From Eubacteriales bacterium (GTDB taxonomy: Bacteria > Bacillota > Clostridia > Oscillospirales > CAG-272), in assembly GCA_045120465.1 (NCBI GenBank), contig JBGVEW010000022.1, positions 12,782-76,781 of the forward strand: a stretch of 64,000 nucleotides of DNA, read 5' to 3'. Numbering within the stretch: the first letter of the stretch is position 1; each line of letters starts with the position of its first letter. The notes beneath the pieces are model-generated. The model saw only the letters and a list, made by a program, of their open reading frames with translations, did no database searches and was not told where the DNA came from. Positions 31,201 through 37,865 of this stretch are shown here, in pieces. The position numbers were made by a program, and so were the translations under genes.

Positions 31201-31738
31201 TCCCGTTATGCGAGTGGATGAAGATGGGGAGTTTTGGCATATTGTAGTTGGAGCGGCTGTTGGGCTGTTTGCAAGATATATATCAGATGTTGCTCAAAAT
31301 ATTGCCGAAAAGAAAAATGGTTTAGATGTATTAAAGCCAAGCTCTTCTGTGGTGGATTATATTGCTGCCAGTGCAAGTGGAGCTTTAGCTGCGACTAGTG
31401 TAGGTGTTGTCGGTCAGTTCGTAGGGAATATGCTAATAAGTTCAACATCATATGTGCTTGAGCAAGGGGCTTCTAATAAAAATGTAGATACAACAGAACT
31501 GATGCTTGAAACAGTTGCAGGTGGTGTCGCTGGTTTGATTGGAGGAAAAGGCGCAAACGGAGCAAAGTTGTATGGTGTTGCCAAAAATGCAAAATTGCAT
31601 TTGAAAACAGCCGTTGCTACGCACAATATAGCACATTATTCCGCTCAAATACGCGCAGTACCAGATGCAATTTTTAACGGTTTTGTAAAAACAAATTTAG
31701 CGAATTTGTCTTCGTACGGAATAACGAATTGGAGGTGA
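25244..31738 (+). CDS. RHS/YD-repeat polymorphic toxin (WapA-like), Sec signal peptide
   Basis: GTG follows an AAAGGAG SD. 2164 codons with many YD repeats. The RHS core end is RYRGYYYDTHTGLYYLQSRYYNPDWGRF...NNPVMRVDEDGE, followed by a 168-aa C-terminal domain. Confidence 0.9.
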   Translation: MKSIIKKNSKKALSMFLSFLMIFYLIPVSVFALDNSKEGFDTPQTNITKEETVFELEDRREESVKHFRFDDGSIMAVQYDSAVHRTDENGVWRDIDNRLAETSNDISTSDARVKFVKKTTGNETLFALHEDNKKITLSLDGANKKVYGQISNHSDDVDATQLQKLMNLENLSASILYPDILDGVDLEYVVVANNIKENIIVKERTDAYAYTFTMRLNHLTASMEDSGQIVLVAGDGEVCYVIPSGMMMDAVGNISYAVDYVLTDLGNGSYSLGITADDEWINAEERVFPVTIDPPIYPASQYGAIDLTISQSNSSFNDCASENLIVSNSYISYWKANDLPTLPVSAYITEATFHAQVSMGVNDTAYVAVYDVLTAWDDSLTWADVNKTTSPEGKLANDYTDYCRIAANYEFDSYSWNITPIAKKWYAVENYGLALKKAPGFSFSEDLTFSSNNRDGSEPILCISYVDMKGLEDYWSYSSQSNGFAGSGSINHATGELTYVIQTLSTLDSLLPFTPTLVYQSSLANKNYVYGNVQTPYVYPHTPVGFKLNIQETLLEKQYFDAEGYPKNMFILADADGTEHYFMPTDDSSVYHDEDGLLLELKTSGSLLTITDSGHNVRAFQKNTSFSQLGIKSAWYLESITDQSGNKISFAFDSAKRPTAVQLTPNGFTTPIEQLKLGYGSSGRLNIVYNPHSNEAAILRYSGSLLQTLIRAHGNDDAVWADWQTYANDSTTVNANITVDAQASYTYSSGLLTKTRNELSQYELNYSYTNKKVTQITEKAGATAAPTTGQSVTLSYNATNTVLRTSGSDDALGTSDDLLTTYTFDSFGRAINAYTTDAGGTQLYGASSGEYDEENEKSKNSLVRSTQVQEQSPNYLLNGGFETQGAPIPNWASDTSERDSLGTSREGANHGEACVRMSVAAQDTTYNQLLQYVNLPAGTYTLTMSYKTKSAQGAALRMTMSSIYDTQGVYKDVALNSANLETTYQQASLQFTVPQLSSTSDLSCTVMIELILTDPSDGYAIVCVDDLMLSKSTGAMAYDMVQLGHFEDTNYNVGIPQVWSMGPNGNVVASNTIFGTVLKLTPPSDFTSSASAMQTVYSASSTLKSQYASGSVPLNPIYFTVSGWAKSTASSWNADATFAIHIHLWYYNGVKDIEGESIYFNFDRGTTDWQFISGGFVTDPSKGLLSKICIEPEYGKHPGIAYFDNISLVQDSDGTSFYNYTTTGYVGCYQNGGEKLWYEYDASDRLLTMASNYGYFIDYDYDSNHRLTGEEYFTHQGVIVSPKESGGSGYHIEFKDRDENGAPDISSRYCFTYRYDMYGIHYKTISRDTQSGSQTIASSTNYADSVPYFGALATYTDEAGGVTRYFYDETNGYLLAVAYPDGNGVTYRYDAIGNLIEVLPAKLVNTGTEDTPVYDYELTELGTNVDYAYDSVTKRLTSINTASTQYTFVYDAFGNTTSITNNTYTLASYTYHPNNGKLATMTYGNGLSVQYQYDELDRISEIWYNTGASGAFELAYSYGYDYAGRLYSVEDHTGGGNSMVNVYDPLGRLVQSYNYDPESKNMDLLVDYIYDEESKLIQTAYDLAYNSPTGITIDNAAQYDYQYNVHDQLYRVYARFGNVDGRIDILKNNLGRLDGRTYLFEMFGVPVYYNEVAYEYDSSNARIESMSVTRSMTPMDTGVTTEYHLTYDANGNITHIRDKNGNLLHQYAYDTLGQLIRETNYSDSNTSTVYQYTYNAAGNRTRQKISILSTTATYSGDRLTKYGSNSISYDELGNVIQFSAGLNRTQYEWQGRLLVGSNQRVSSVTTTTTVVAAYTYNSEGIRTSKTVNGIKHEYILDGSCIVAEKWVENNVEYMMVFLYDDAGSPIGFLYRTSAYARGTYDAYFYEKNFFGDVIGIYDESGSCVAKYNYNAWGVCTVQTNVGGIATLNPIRYRGYYYDTHTGLYYLQSRYYNPDWGRFISMDDPGVLGASPEALTDKNLYIYCDNNPVMRVDEDGEFWHIVVGAAVGLFARYISDVAQNIAEKKNGLDVLKPSSSVVDYIAASASGALAATSVGVVGQFVGNMLISSTSYVLEQGASNKNVDTTELMLETVAGGVAGLIGGKGANGAKLYGVAKNAKLHLKTAVATHNIAHYSAQIRAVPDAIFNGFVKTNLANLSSYGITNWR

Positions 31739-31742
31739 TTGT

Positions 31743-32237
31743 ATGATATATATACCTATCGTTATTTTGGTTTCTGGAATCAATGGGGTTTTAGCATATG
31801 GGTTCTATAAAAGTACTCTCTCTCCAAAAGATTGTGTTAAGTTGCCGAATTTTTATTTCTATTTTGGGGTTGTGTTTTCTTTGCTTTTTATGCTCCCTAT
31901 TGTTGGACTTGTCGCTGGCGAAAAGTTTTTCTATAAAGAACCTCTATTTTGGCTGTTTTTGTGCGTTGTCGTGCTTTTAATACTAATGGCAATCACGCAG
32001 GTGAATTGGAGACTTTATATAGGTGATGAAAGTTTCGTGCATCGTAATATATTTGGTGTTCGTCGGGAATATCGATATGATGAAGTCAAATATATTAAGC
32101 CACTAAAGCGTCTTGGTGATACAATCATCAAAATCGATGGCAAATTGCTTCCCATTGTGATCGACAAGTATGCCTTTGGGTTAGAGGAGTTCATTCGCAA
32201 ATACAATCGATACAAATTAAGCAAAAGCCCCAAATAA
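31743..32237 (+). CDS. putative immunity protein 1 (polytopic membrane protein)
   Basis: It starts 4 nt after the RHS stop with GGAGGTGA inside the RHS 3' end. It has three hydrophobic helices. Confidence 0.6.
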   Translation: MIYIPIVILVSGINGVLAYGFYKSTLSPKDCVKLPNFYFYFGVVFSLLFMLPIVGLVAGEKFFYKEPLFWLFLCVVVLLILMAITQVNWRLYIGDESFVHRNIFGVRREYRYDEVKYIKPLKRLGDTIIKIDGKLLPIVIDKYAFGLEEFIRKYNRYKLSKSPK

Positions 32238-32252
32238 TGGGAAAAACCCAAA

Positions 32253-32371
32253 AACCCCGCCCCGACTCCCCGTGAGTCGGGGCACCTTTTCTCTTGACAA
32301 GGCTTTAAAAATATGGTATGATAAAAATGTAATCAGCACTCCTTCCACTACAACTCCGAAGGCATCCGCAC
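32253..32371 (+). repeat. cassette-junction repeat J1 (hairpin + promoter + rhs junction)
   Basis: Contains hairpin CCCCGACT/AGTCGGGG (32260-32282), TTGACA-17 nt-TATGAT (32294-32322) and then CTACAACTCCGAAGGCATCCGCAC. It is duplicated at 35005-35128. Confidence 0.7.
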
Positions 32372-32381
32372 GAGCAAAACG

Positions 32382-33380
32382 GTGAACGGCATCAAGCATG
32401 AGTATATCCTCGATGGCAGTTGCATCGTGGCAGAAAAATGGGTCGAAAACAACGTCGAATACATGATGGTATTCTTGTATGACGATGCGGGTTCTCCCAT
32501 TGGCTTCCTGTATCGCACAAGTGCGTATGCCAAAGGCGTGTACGATGCGTATTTTTACGAGAAGAATTTCTTCGGTGACGTTATCGGCATCTACGATGAA
32601 AGCGGTTCTTGTGTTGCAAAATACAACTACAACGCATGGGGCGTTTGCACCGTACAAACCAATGTCGGCGGCATCGCAACGCTGAATCCCATTCGCTATC
32701 GTGGCTACTACTACGATACGCATACGGGACTTTACTACCTGCAAAGTCGGTACTATAATCCGGATTGGGGTAGATTCATTAGTCCTGATTGCTACGTGTC
32801 CACAGGTCAGGGGCTCCTTGGAAACAACATGTACTTATACTGCAATAATAATCCGGTAATGTATGTGGATCCAAGTGGGGAGAGTTTTGTTGGTGTCATT
32901 ATTGCTGGTGGAATTGGTTTCTTTGAAATAGCAAAAGCTACAGTCATTGCTGTTGGTGTTGTAATTACAACCATTGGCGTTGGCACCGCTGTGCTTCCAC
33001 AAGCTAAGGAACAAGTTGGCTTTCTACAGTCATTGTTTACTGCGTCAGATTCTGAATTAGACGATACTGGTGTGGAGTCTGTAGATTATCCAATAAAGAA
33101 CCGCGATTATAAGCAGGCTTATTTCCCGGTGAATCCATATGATTTTCATCCCAATGGACTTAAAATGAAATTTTATGCGGGAACTACGAATGGCGCGATT
33201 ATCAAATGGTTCTCTCCAAATGGCGTAGTAGTGTTTGAATGGAATGAGGATTGGCAACACGGATCTCATTATCATGCATTATTTCCTGAGTATGACGGAA
33301 ACCATCAAAAGAACGGACCGCATTATATAGCAGGAGAACCTGTGCCGGAACCATTTAACACGATTTATTTTGGAGGATAA
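32382..33380 (+). CDS. orphan RHS C-terminal fragment with alternative toxin domain (CT2)
   Basis: 32348-32782 is near-identical to 30688-31122 of the main gene. It has its own DPSGE boundary and a distinct 165-aa C-terminus. The only start is a GTG without an SD. Confidence 0.65.
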   Translation: MNGIKHEYILDGSCIVAEKWVENNVEYMMVFLYDDAGSPIGFLYRTSAYAKGVYDAYFYEKNFFGDVIGIYDESGSCVAKYNYNAWGVCTVQTNVGGIATLNPIRYRGYYYDTHTGLYYLQSRYYNPDWGRFISPDCYVSTGQGLLGNNMYLYCNNNPVMYVDPSGESFVGVIIAGGIGFFEIAKATVIAVGVVITTIGVGTAVLPQAKEQVGFLQSLFTASDSELDDTGVESVDYPIKNRDYKQAYFPVNPYDFHPNGLKMKFYAGTTNGAIIKWFSPNGVVVFEWNEDWQHGSHYHALFPEYDGNHQKNGPHYIAGEPVPEPFNTIYFGG

Positions 33381-33382
33381 CT

Positions 33383-33802
33383 ATGCGCATAGATAAACAC
33401 AATCTCCATTTGTTGCACACCAACGAAGTGTATGTTCATGATGACATATATGTAGGCATGCAATATGATTACGAAGCGAATTGCTTGGTTGTTAGGTTGC
33501 TTTCCGAAGATGAGACAAGGCAAAAGACGATTACATTTTATAATGTTCTTGGCTATCAAATGATTGCTTGTGATTTTTGGGGGAGATCTCCTCATGTTTT
33601 AAGTTGGGTATATAATCTTGAGGAGAGGCACTCTTTCTTAAAAGCAATCAGTGAGGAATGCAATGAATACCTTAATGAAGATATCATTCTTTCACGCAAA
33701 ATCGGGCATGGAGTTGAATATATAGAAACAATGTTTCTCATGTCATCTGGCGATAGATTGGTTGTAGCATGTGAGTATATTGACTATTGTTGTGACCTAT
33801 AA
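33383..33802 (+). CDS. putative immunity protein 2 (soluble)
   Basis: ATG follows a GGAGGA SD, 2 nt after the CT2 stop. 139 codons. Confidence 0.6.
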   Translation: MRIDKHNLHLLHTNEVYVHDDIYVGMQYDYEANCLVVRLLSEDETRQKTITFYNVLGYQMIACDFWGRSPHVLSWVYNLEERHSFLKAISEECNEYLNEDIILSRKIGHGVEYIETMFLMSSGDRLVVACEYIDYCCDL

Positions 33803-33814
33803 ATCGAGCATGGA

Positions 33815-34561
33815 GTGCTTTCCCGAATACTACGATTTCAACAAAAAATAATCTCAAAAGGCAAAATCCAAGGGTTAAGTTATAACCCCGAGCGGGGACG
33901 GTTCATCAGCATGGATGACCCCGGGGTGCTTGGAGCTTCTCCCGAAGCACTTACCGACAAAAACCTTTACATCTATTGCGATCATAATCCCGTTATGCGA
34001 GTGGATGAAGATGGGGAGTTTTGGCATATCGTGGTTGGGGCAGTTATTGGTATCGCAGCAAAATATGTGTGTGATGTTGTGGATAATCTTATGGATGGAA
34101 AGTCTGGATTGGAGATTTTAACACCACATTCTTCTGTCGTAGATTATGTAGCTGCCGGAGCAAGTGGAGCACTTGCCGCTACGGGGGTAGGTTTGGTCGG
34201 ACAAATTGCAGGAAATGCGGCGATTTCATCGATACAAGAAACAACGCACCAGTTGTTTGACGATACTGCCGGGGTGAATCTTGTTGATATTGCCGTCAAT
34301 ACTGTAGGCGGTGCTATCAGCGGTGTCGCCGGTGGAGCCGGAGCAAGTCTTGGTAATTCTAAAACTGCTATGACATTAGGCAAGCAATTAACCAAAAGAG
34401 TTTTTGGAAGAGGGGAATGGGGAAAAGCTTTCTCCTATTACTTCAAGAATATGAAAAATGGTGCTGGTAAATCTATATATTCAGGATTGTTGCAAGGCAT
34501 CTTGCAAGCAACCGCGATGGGGTTTGGATATTCTTGTGTAACAGGGGGCATAATGAGATGA
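33815..34561 (+). CDS. orphan RHS C-terminal fragment with CT3 toxin domain (paralogue of CT1)
   Basis: 33901-34037 is near-identical to 31114-31250 (RFISMDDPGVLGASPEALTDKNLYIYCD.NPVMRVDEDGEFWHIVVGA). The translation start is uncertain. Confidence 0.6.
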   Translation: MLSRILRFQQKIISKGKIQGLSYNPERGRFISMDDPGVLGASPEALTDKNLYIYCDHNPVMRVDEDGEFWHIVVGAVIGIAAKYVCDVVDNLMDGKSGLEILTPHSSVVDYVAAGASGALAATGVGLVGQIAGNAAISSIQETTHQLFDDTAGVNLVDIAVNTVGGAISGVAGGAGASLGNSKTAMTLGKQLTKRVFGRGEWGKAFSYYFKNMKNGAGKSIYSGLLQGILQATAMGFGYSCVTGGIMR

Positions 34562-34983
34562 TTGCATATATATTGGTACTGCTCTTGACAAACGGATTAA
34601 CATACTGGTATATACGTAATATGATTTATACGATTATTTGGTGTGATCAAAAAGCAAGATCCTGCAATGTTAGAAATTTGCGAAAGCATCGCTCAAAATG
34701 GCAATTTTTGCGCATGAAATGTTTTGAAACATATACAAACACGCATCGCAAAAATTTCCGTTTTTGGATCAAAGTCAAAGATTGTTTTCTAATACTCGAA
34801 TTATTGGCGATGGTGTTATTATTGATTATCCATTTGATCGCACCGATAGATATTGCCAATTCTATATCAAGCATTCTTCTAATACACGCGTGGATAATTG
34901 CTGTTATGATGATTTTTCAATCTGACTTCCATCACAATACCAAGTACGACCGCATCCGCCTAAAAAACATTCACAAAAAATGA
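34558..34983 (+). CDS. putative immunity protein 3 (membrane protein)
   Basis: An ATGA start/stop overlap with CT3. It has hydrophobic helices. 141 codons. Confidence 0.55.
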   Translation: MIAYILVLLLTNGLTYWYIRNMIYTIIWCDQKARSCNVRNLRKHRSKWQFLRMKCFETYTNTHRKNFRFWIKVKDCFLILELLAMVLLLIIHLIAPIDIANSISSILLIHAWIIAVMMIFQSDFHHNTKYDRIRLKNIHKK

Positions 34984-35004
34984 AGTAAAAAAAGTATAAT
35001 TTGT

Positions 35005-35128
35005 AACCCCGCCCCGACTCCCCGTGAGTCGGGGCACCTTTTCTCTTGACACCCCCTCAAAAATATGGTATGATAAAAATGTAATCGGCGCTCCTTCCCT
35101 TCCCCTACAACTCCGAAGGCATCCGCAC
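35005..35128 (+). repeat. cassette-junction repeat J2
   Basis: The same hairpin (35012-35034), promoter TTGACA-17 nt-TATGAT (35046-35074) and rhs junction as J1. No rhs sequence follows it. Confidence 0.7.
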
Positions 35129-35170
35129 AAATTCAAAAGCAGTCAGCTACTCATATTGTATTACCATTCA

Positions 35171-35629
35171 ACCAATCGCAAACAACTTTTGAACTTATTC
35201 CAAAGGCCATTCACAAATACATCAAAACGTGGTATAATGCATTCAGCAAAACCGAAAACGATGTGTTCAGCGGAAAGGATTTTGCGATGCGAATAAAGTG
35301 AAAAAGGCTTATGGTGCAAAGATTTTTTACCATGTCATGATTTTCTCAATGCCCTTTCCCCTCGCCTGCCGCACAGAGATGATGGGACTCATCGGAGCCG
35401 GCAACAACCCCATGGTTGGAAACAGCCGACAGGTTGTTTTGATGACATGTTGCGGTCGCAGTTGCGATCGAGGAAGCAAGCAAATAATCCTTGATTTAAA
35501 AGGCTTTTTGAGTTCTTGTAGGGACGATTCACGAATCGTCCGCGGGTCATTCGTAAATAACCCCTACAAAATTACAAATAAAAAAGTTGGACACATCATT
35601 TTGGAGTTTTCTCCTTGTGATGTGTCCAA
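35171..35629 (+). repeat. R module copy D (promoter + core + nested insert + H6)
   Basis: It has TTCACA-17 nt-TATAAT with a TG extension (35210-35238), core 35369-35493, a hairpin at 35420-35439 and a nested TGTAGGG...CCCCTACA insert at 35517-35568. Confidence 0.7.
35587..35629. repeat. H palindrome copy 6
   Basis: TTGGACACATCAT-TTTGGAGTTTTCTCCTT-GTGATGTGTCCAA. It abuts the stop of the convergent GH20-like gene. Confidence 0.85.
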
Positions 35630-35633
35630 TTTT

Positions 35634-37550
35634 TTATAATTTCATGCCGCCGTCCCAGGCGAACTCCTCGCCCGTGGCTTCTACTGTGTGCATTTGGGTT
35701 TGCTGATTGAAATCTACAGAGAATTGCAGCAGTTCAACCGAAATATCTTCTTTTCCTTGAACGGGAACGTACACAATAGATTGAATGCTTTTGTCGGGGA
35801 AGGGGTTTTCGTATACGGTTTCGTAGGCGAACCCATCCCGATATTTTACGGGCATGGTTGAGTAAGAAATCTCTCTCAAGCCCGAATCCTTGTAATCTTC
35901 ATCATAATATTTGCAGGAGATATTGCCGCCGTATCTCACAGGGAGATCGGCAACGCTTCCGTCGTTGTATGTCACTCTGTAATGACCGAGCAAATACTCC
36001 GAATCCACAATGAAAACGCCGTCGTAAAAGATTTTGTAATTGATCTTGTGGGCTGTGGTGTGGACGATTTTGATGCCTGATCGGATTCCCTTATTCTTAA
36101 TGCGATACGCCTCGCGAAAGGCCTTAAAATGCTTTTCTTCACATGACATTTTTCCAAAACGCTCGCACCAAAATGCATAAGCCGTTGAAATCAGCGAAAA
36201 GAATTGCCCGTTGCGTTGCATATACTCTTCGCCAAAAGAACCCCAATTGGAAACAAAACCGCCTAAGATTCCCTGCTTTCTTCGTTGATCCCAGCTTTCG
36301 ACGTTGATCGCATTTAAGTTTGCAAAATAGGTTCGAAATCCCCGTGAGTGATATACCTTATCGTACTCCTTGTTAAACCGATAGTACCAATGCAGTATTT
36401 CCACGTCGCGCGAAATAAGGTCTCGACAAGGAAAGAGGGCGTGGACGTGTGCATCTCCTTTGCCGTGCCCCGCACCTCCGATCGGCTCACCGCTTCCGGG
36501 ATAATAGCGCGCGTTCAGCAGCTTTTCACCCCACATCATCGTGCGTATGCCCTTTTCCTTCAAAAAGGCGTGGATGCGGTTGACGTCGTTTGCATACAGA
36601 ACAGGAGCAGGTGTAGATCTGCACCGTTTGCATATCCTGATGGAATAGGCTTCATCGTGTCCGATGTTGATCCTTGCAGGCTCAAAAACCTCGATCACCT
36701 CTTCCAGAATGTCAAATACATATCGATAAACATCCGGATGATTGGGGCAATACGAATCCGGATAAGCGTCATTTTGCCGCTCACTCAGATGCGGATAAGC
36801 CATAACAAGATAATCGCAGTGGCTTAAGGTCGGGCATTCCGGAATCACTTCAAGCCCACGCGAACGACAGTATTCCGCAATGTTGCGGCACTCCTCTTTG
36901 GTGAGGATATCCCCTTCGGCATTATCGCAGTGGATCGAGTTTTTGGGCCATGAGTAGGTTTTATGCTGGATTTCATGCGCCCTGCCCGAATATTGATGCA
37001 CATCCTTACAAAACGCAGACCACACCTCATTGATGCGCGGATGTCTGTCATATTGCATGGCACCGCCGACTTCCAAAATGATACTGTTGTATTTTAATTC
37101 CGATAAAAGATCTACCGTTTTGTAAAAATCACGAAGACCTTTTCTGGATGGCAGATATGCACGGTATCCTCTTGTTGCAAACAATGGATAATCATACAAA
37201 AATCCACGCTGAAGCTCTCCCGACGCATACAACGCGCACAAGGTAGATGCCGCGTAAATAAACGCACGCGCGCTTGCCGCCCATACCGTTGTTACGGTAT
37301 CCACCATGATAGCATACTCTTCGTCGTTCGCCGAGGGGCATCTGTATTTTCCGATTCTGTTGATCACATCCTTGTTCAAGCCGAGAACAAATCTGATTTC
37401 TTTGACCGTTCCGTTTTTCAGTGGCGTATTGCTGTCAATGAGTCGGCTGATACAATCCGAATACTGCTCTTCATCAAAAAGACATACGGTATTCTTTCCC
37501 AAGGACAATTTCTTTTTTTCTTTTTTATAAAGCTTCAAATCAAAAAACAT
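35634..37550 (-). CDS. glycoside hydrolase family 20-like (beta-N-acetylhexosaminidase-like)
   Basis: The INIGHDEAY motif resembles the GH20 H-x-G-G-D-E motif. ATG 37550 is preferred because a GGAGGA SD lies 7 nt upstream; an alternative ATG is at 37571. Confidence 0.6.
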   Translation of the reverse strand: MFFDLKLYKKEKKKLSLGKNTVCLFDEEQYSDCISRLIDSNTPLKNGTVKEIRFVLGLNKDVINRIGKYRCPSANDEEYAIMVDTVTTVWAASARAFIYAASTLCALYASGELQRGFLYDYPLFATRGYRAYLPSRKGLRDFYKTVDLLSELKYNSIILEVGGAMQYDRHPRINEVWSAFCKDVHQYSGRAHEIQHKTYSWPKNSIHCDNAEGDILTKEECRNIAEYCRSRGLEVIPECPTLSHCDYLVMAYPHLSERQNDAYPDSYCPNHPDVYRYVFDILEEVIEVFEPARINIGHDEAYSIRICKRCRSTPAPVLYANDVNRIHAFLKEKGIRTMMWGEKLLNARYYPGSGEPIGGAGHGKGDAHVHALFPCRDLISRDVEILHWYYRFNKEYDKVYHSRGFRTYFANLNAINVESWDQRRKQGILGGFVSNWGSFGEEYMQRNGQFFSLISTAYAFWCERFGKMSCEEKHFKAFREAYRIKNKGIRSGIKIVHTTAHKINYKIFYDGVFIVDSEYLLGHYRVTYNDGSVADLPVRYGGNISCKYYDEDYKDSGLREISYSTMPVKYRDGFAYETVYENPFPDKSIQSIVYVPVQGKEDISVELLQFSVDFNQQTQMHTVEATGEEFAWDGGMKL

Positions 37551-37833
37551 CTTGAATTCCTCCATACGCATTTACAAATGTCGAACGCGTATCGATCATA
37601 TTACGTATAACGAGCATATCATATTTGTTACGCTTTGTCAATAGAGATTTCAAGAAAAGATATGAAGAATTCAAAAAACCAAAGACGGAGGATTTCACAA
37701 TGAAAAAGCTGAAGATAACCGCTCAAAAATCGACCTTAAAAAAGGTTGCGACAAGCATCTTGAATACCATATCTTTTTTCGTTAGTCAGTTAAAATTGTG
37801 AATCTTTTGCGCCGTTTTATCAAAAAAAAGAAA

Positions 37834-37857
37834 ACGGTGCCACTTTCGCGGCACCGT
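37834..37857 (-). terminator. intrinsic terminator after the GH31 gene
   Basis: ACGGTGCC/GGCACCGT stem flanked by an A-run and a T-run. Confidence 0.6.
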
Positions 37858-37865
37858 AAAAAAGC

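Noticed and set aside
37700-37801. A 33-codon ORF (MKKLKITAQKSTLKKVATSILNTISFFVSQLKL) with a GGAGGA SD, lying between the GH20-like and GH31 genes on the opposite strand.
   Set aside because: It has a plausible SD but no second copy, motif or context to support it. It overlaps the region expected to hold the GH31 terminator and GH20 promoter signals. It is left unannotated.
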